A stretch of DNA of 64,000 nucleotides. Source: Scyliorhinus canicula (Eukaryota). Positions 63,549 through 64,000 of the stretch are shown piece by piece. Where the stretch lies: positions 137,620,737-137,684,736 of the forward strand of contig NC_052160.1 in the NCBI RefSeq assembly GCF_902713615.1. The letters are read 5' to 3'. The stretch's first letter is position 1. Every line of letters begins with the position of its first letter. The notes under the pieces were generated by a model that saw only the letters and a program-made list of their open reading frames with translations, searched no databases and had not been told where the DNA came from. A program made the translations under genes and the position numbers.

Positions 63549-64000
63549 AAACTGAGGCCGTGACAGCAGCAACCCGGGAGGGGAGGGGAGGGCGGGAGGG
63601 AGGGGGGGGGAGGGGGGACAAAGACGAAGGAAGTACGGTAGCGGTGGTGGCACGGGCAAGGCCTGCCCGAGGACGCTGCCAGAAATGATAAGTTGGTCTG
63701 ACTGTCGGTTCGCCGGCGGGGGGGGGGGGGGGGGGGGGGGGGGGGACGCGCGAGTAGGGGGGGGGGGGCTTTTTTCTTTTTGTGTTAAGTAGGGGGGTTT
63801 GACTTTGTTTTGTTATAATTTAAATGTAAATGTAGGGGGGGTTAAAATGTTTGTATTTTGAAAAACTTCTTCAATAAAAATTATTTAAAAAAAAAAGAAA
63901 ACTGGTTGGCAGAGAGGAAACAAAGAGTAGGAATTAATGGGTCCTTTTCGAATTGCCAGGCAGTAACCAGTGGGGTACCACAGGGATCGGTGCTGGGACC

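Larger units (their letters stand above)
57911..63895 (+). mobile_element. Full-length L1-clade LINE, near intact
   Basis: 16-bp TSD AGAAAACTGGTTGGCA at 57895-57910 and 63896-63911. Has 5'UTR, ORF1, ~850-bp spacer, ORF2, G-rich 3'UTR, AATAAA and an A-tail. Confidence 0.96.

Overview
Vertebrate, repeat-rich DNA, most likely from a cartilaginous fish (inferred from HE1-type shark SINEs, CR1/Rex1/RTE/Penelope-like LINEs and GGGCG-ended Harbinger MITEs). The ORF track is mostly noise because the real genes are spliced. Splicing by hand on the + strand reveals a tandem cluster of single-IgV immune receptors of the CD300/pIgR (CMRF35-like/MDIR-like) family. Gene 1 is partial: only its Arg-containing TM exon (2291-2407) is in the window. 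Gene 2 is activating-type: leader 14706-14745, V 19488-19811, stalk 21273-21360, Arg-containing TM 26004-26120, short unresolved tail. Gene 3 is a complete inhibitory-type gene of 261 aa: leader 37436-37475, V 42306-42629, stalk 44009-44114, neutral TM 48040-48146, tail 50285-50337 and 55147-55302 with two canonical ITIMs. All junctions are GT-AG with matching phases. A recent ~20 kb duplication (1-19952 vs 22854-42770, roughly 97-98% identical by eye) cuts across gene boundaries and ends 141 bp after the V exon. The two V exons differ at 20 nt, giving 16 amino-acid changes and only 1 synonymous codon change. The right end holds a near-intact full-length L1 (57911-63895, 16-bp TSD) nested in a CR1. 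Copy B of the duplication carries an 845-bp internally deleted L1 whose junction contains a short stretch matching a local Gypsy gag sequence. All alignments and counts were made by eye.
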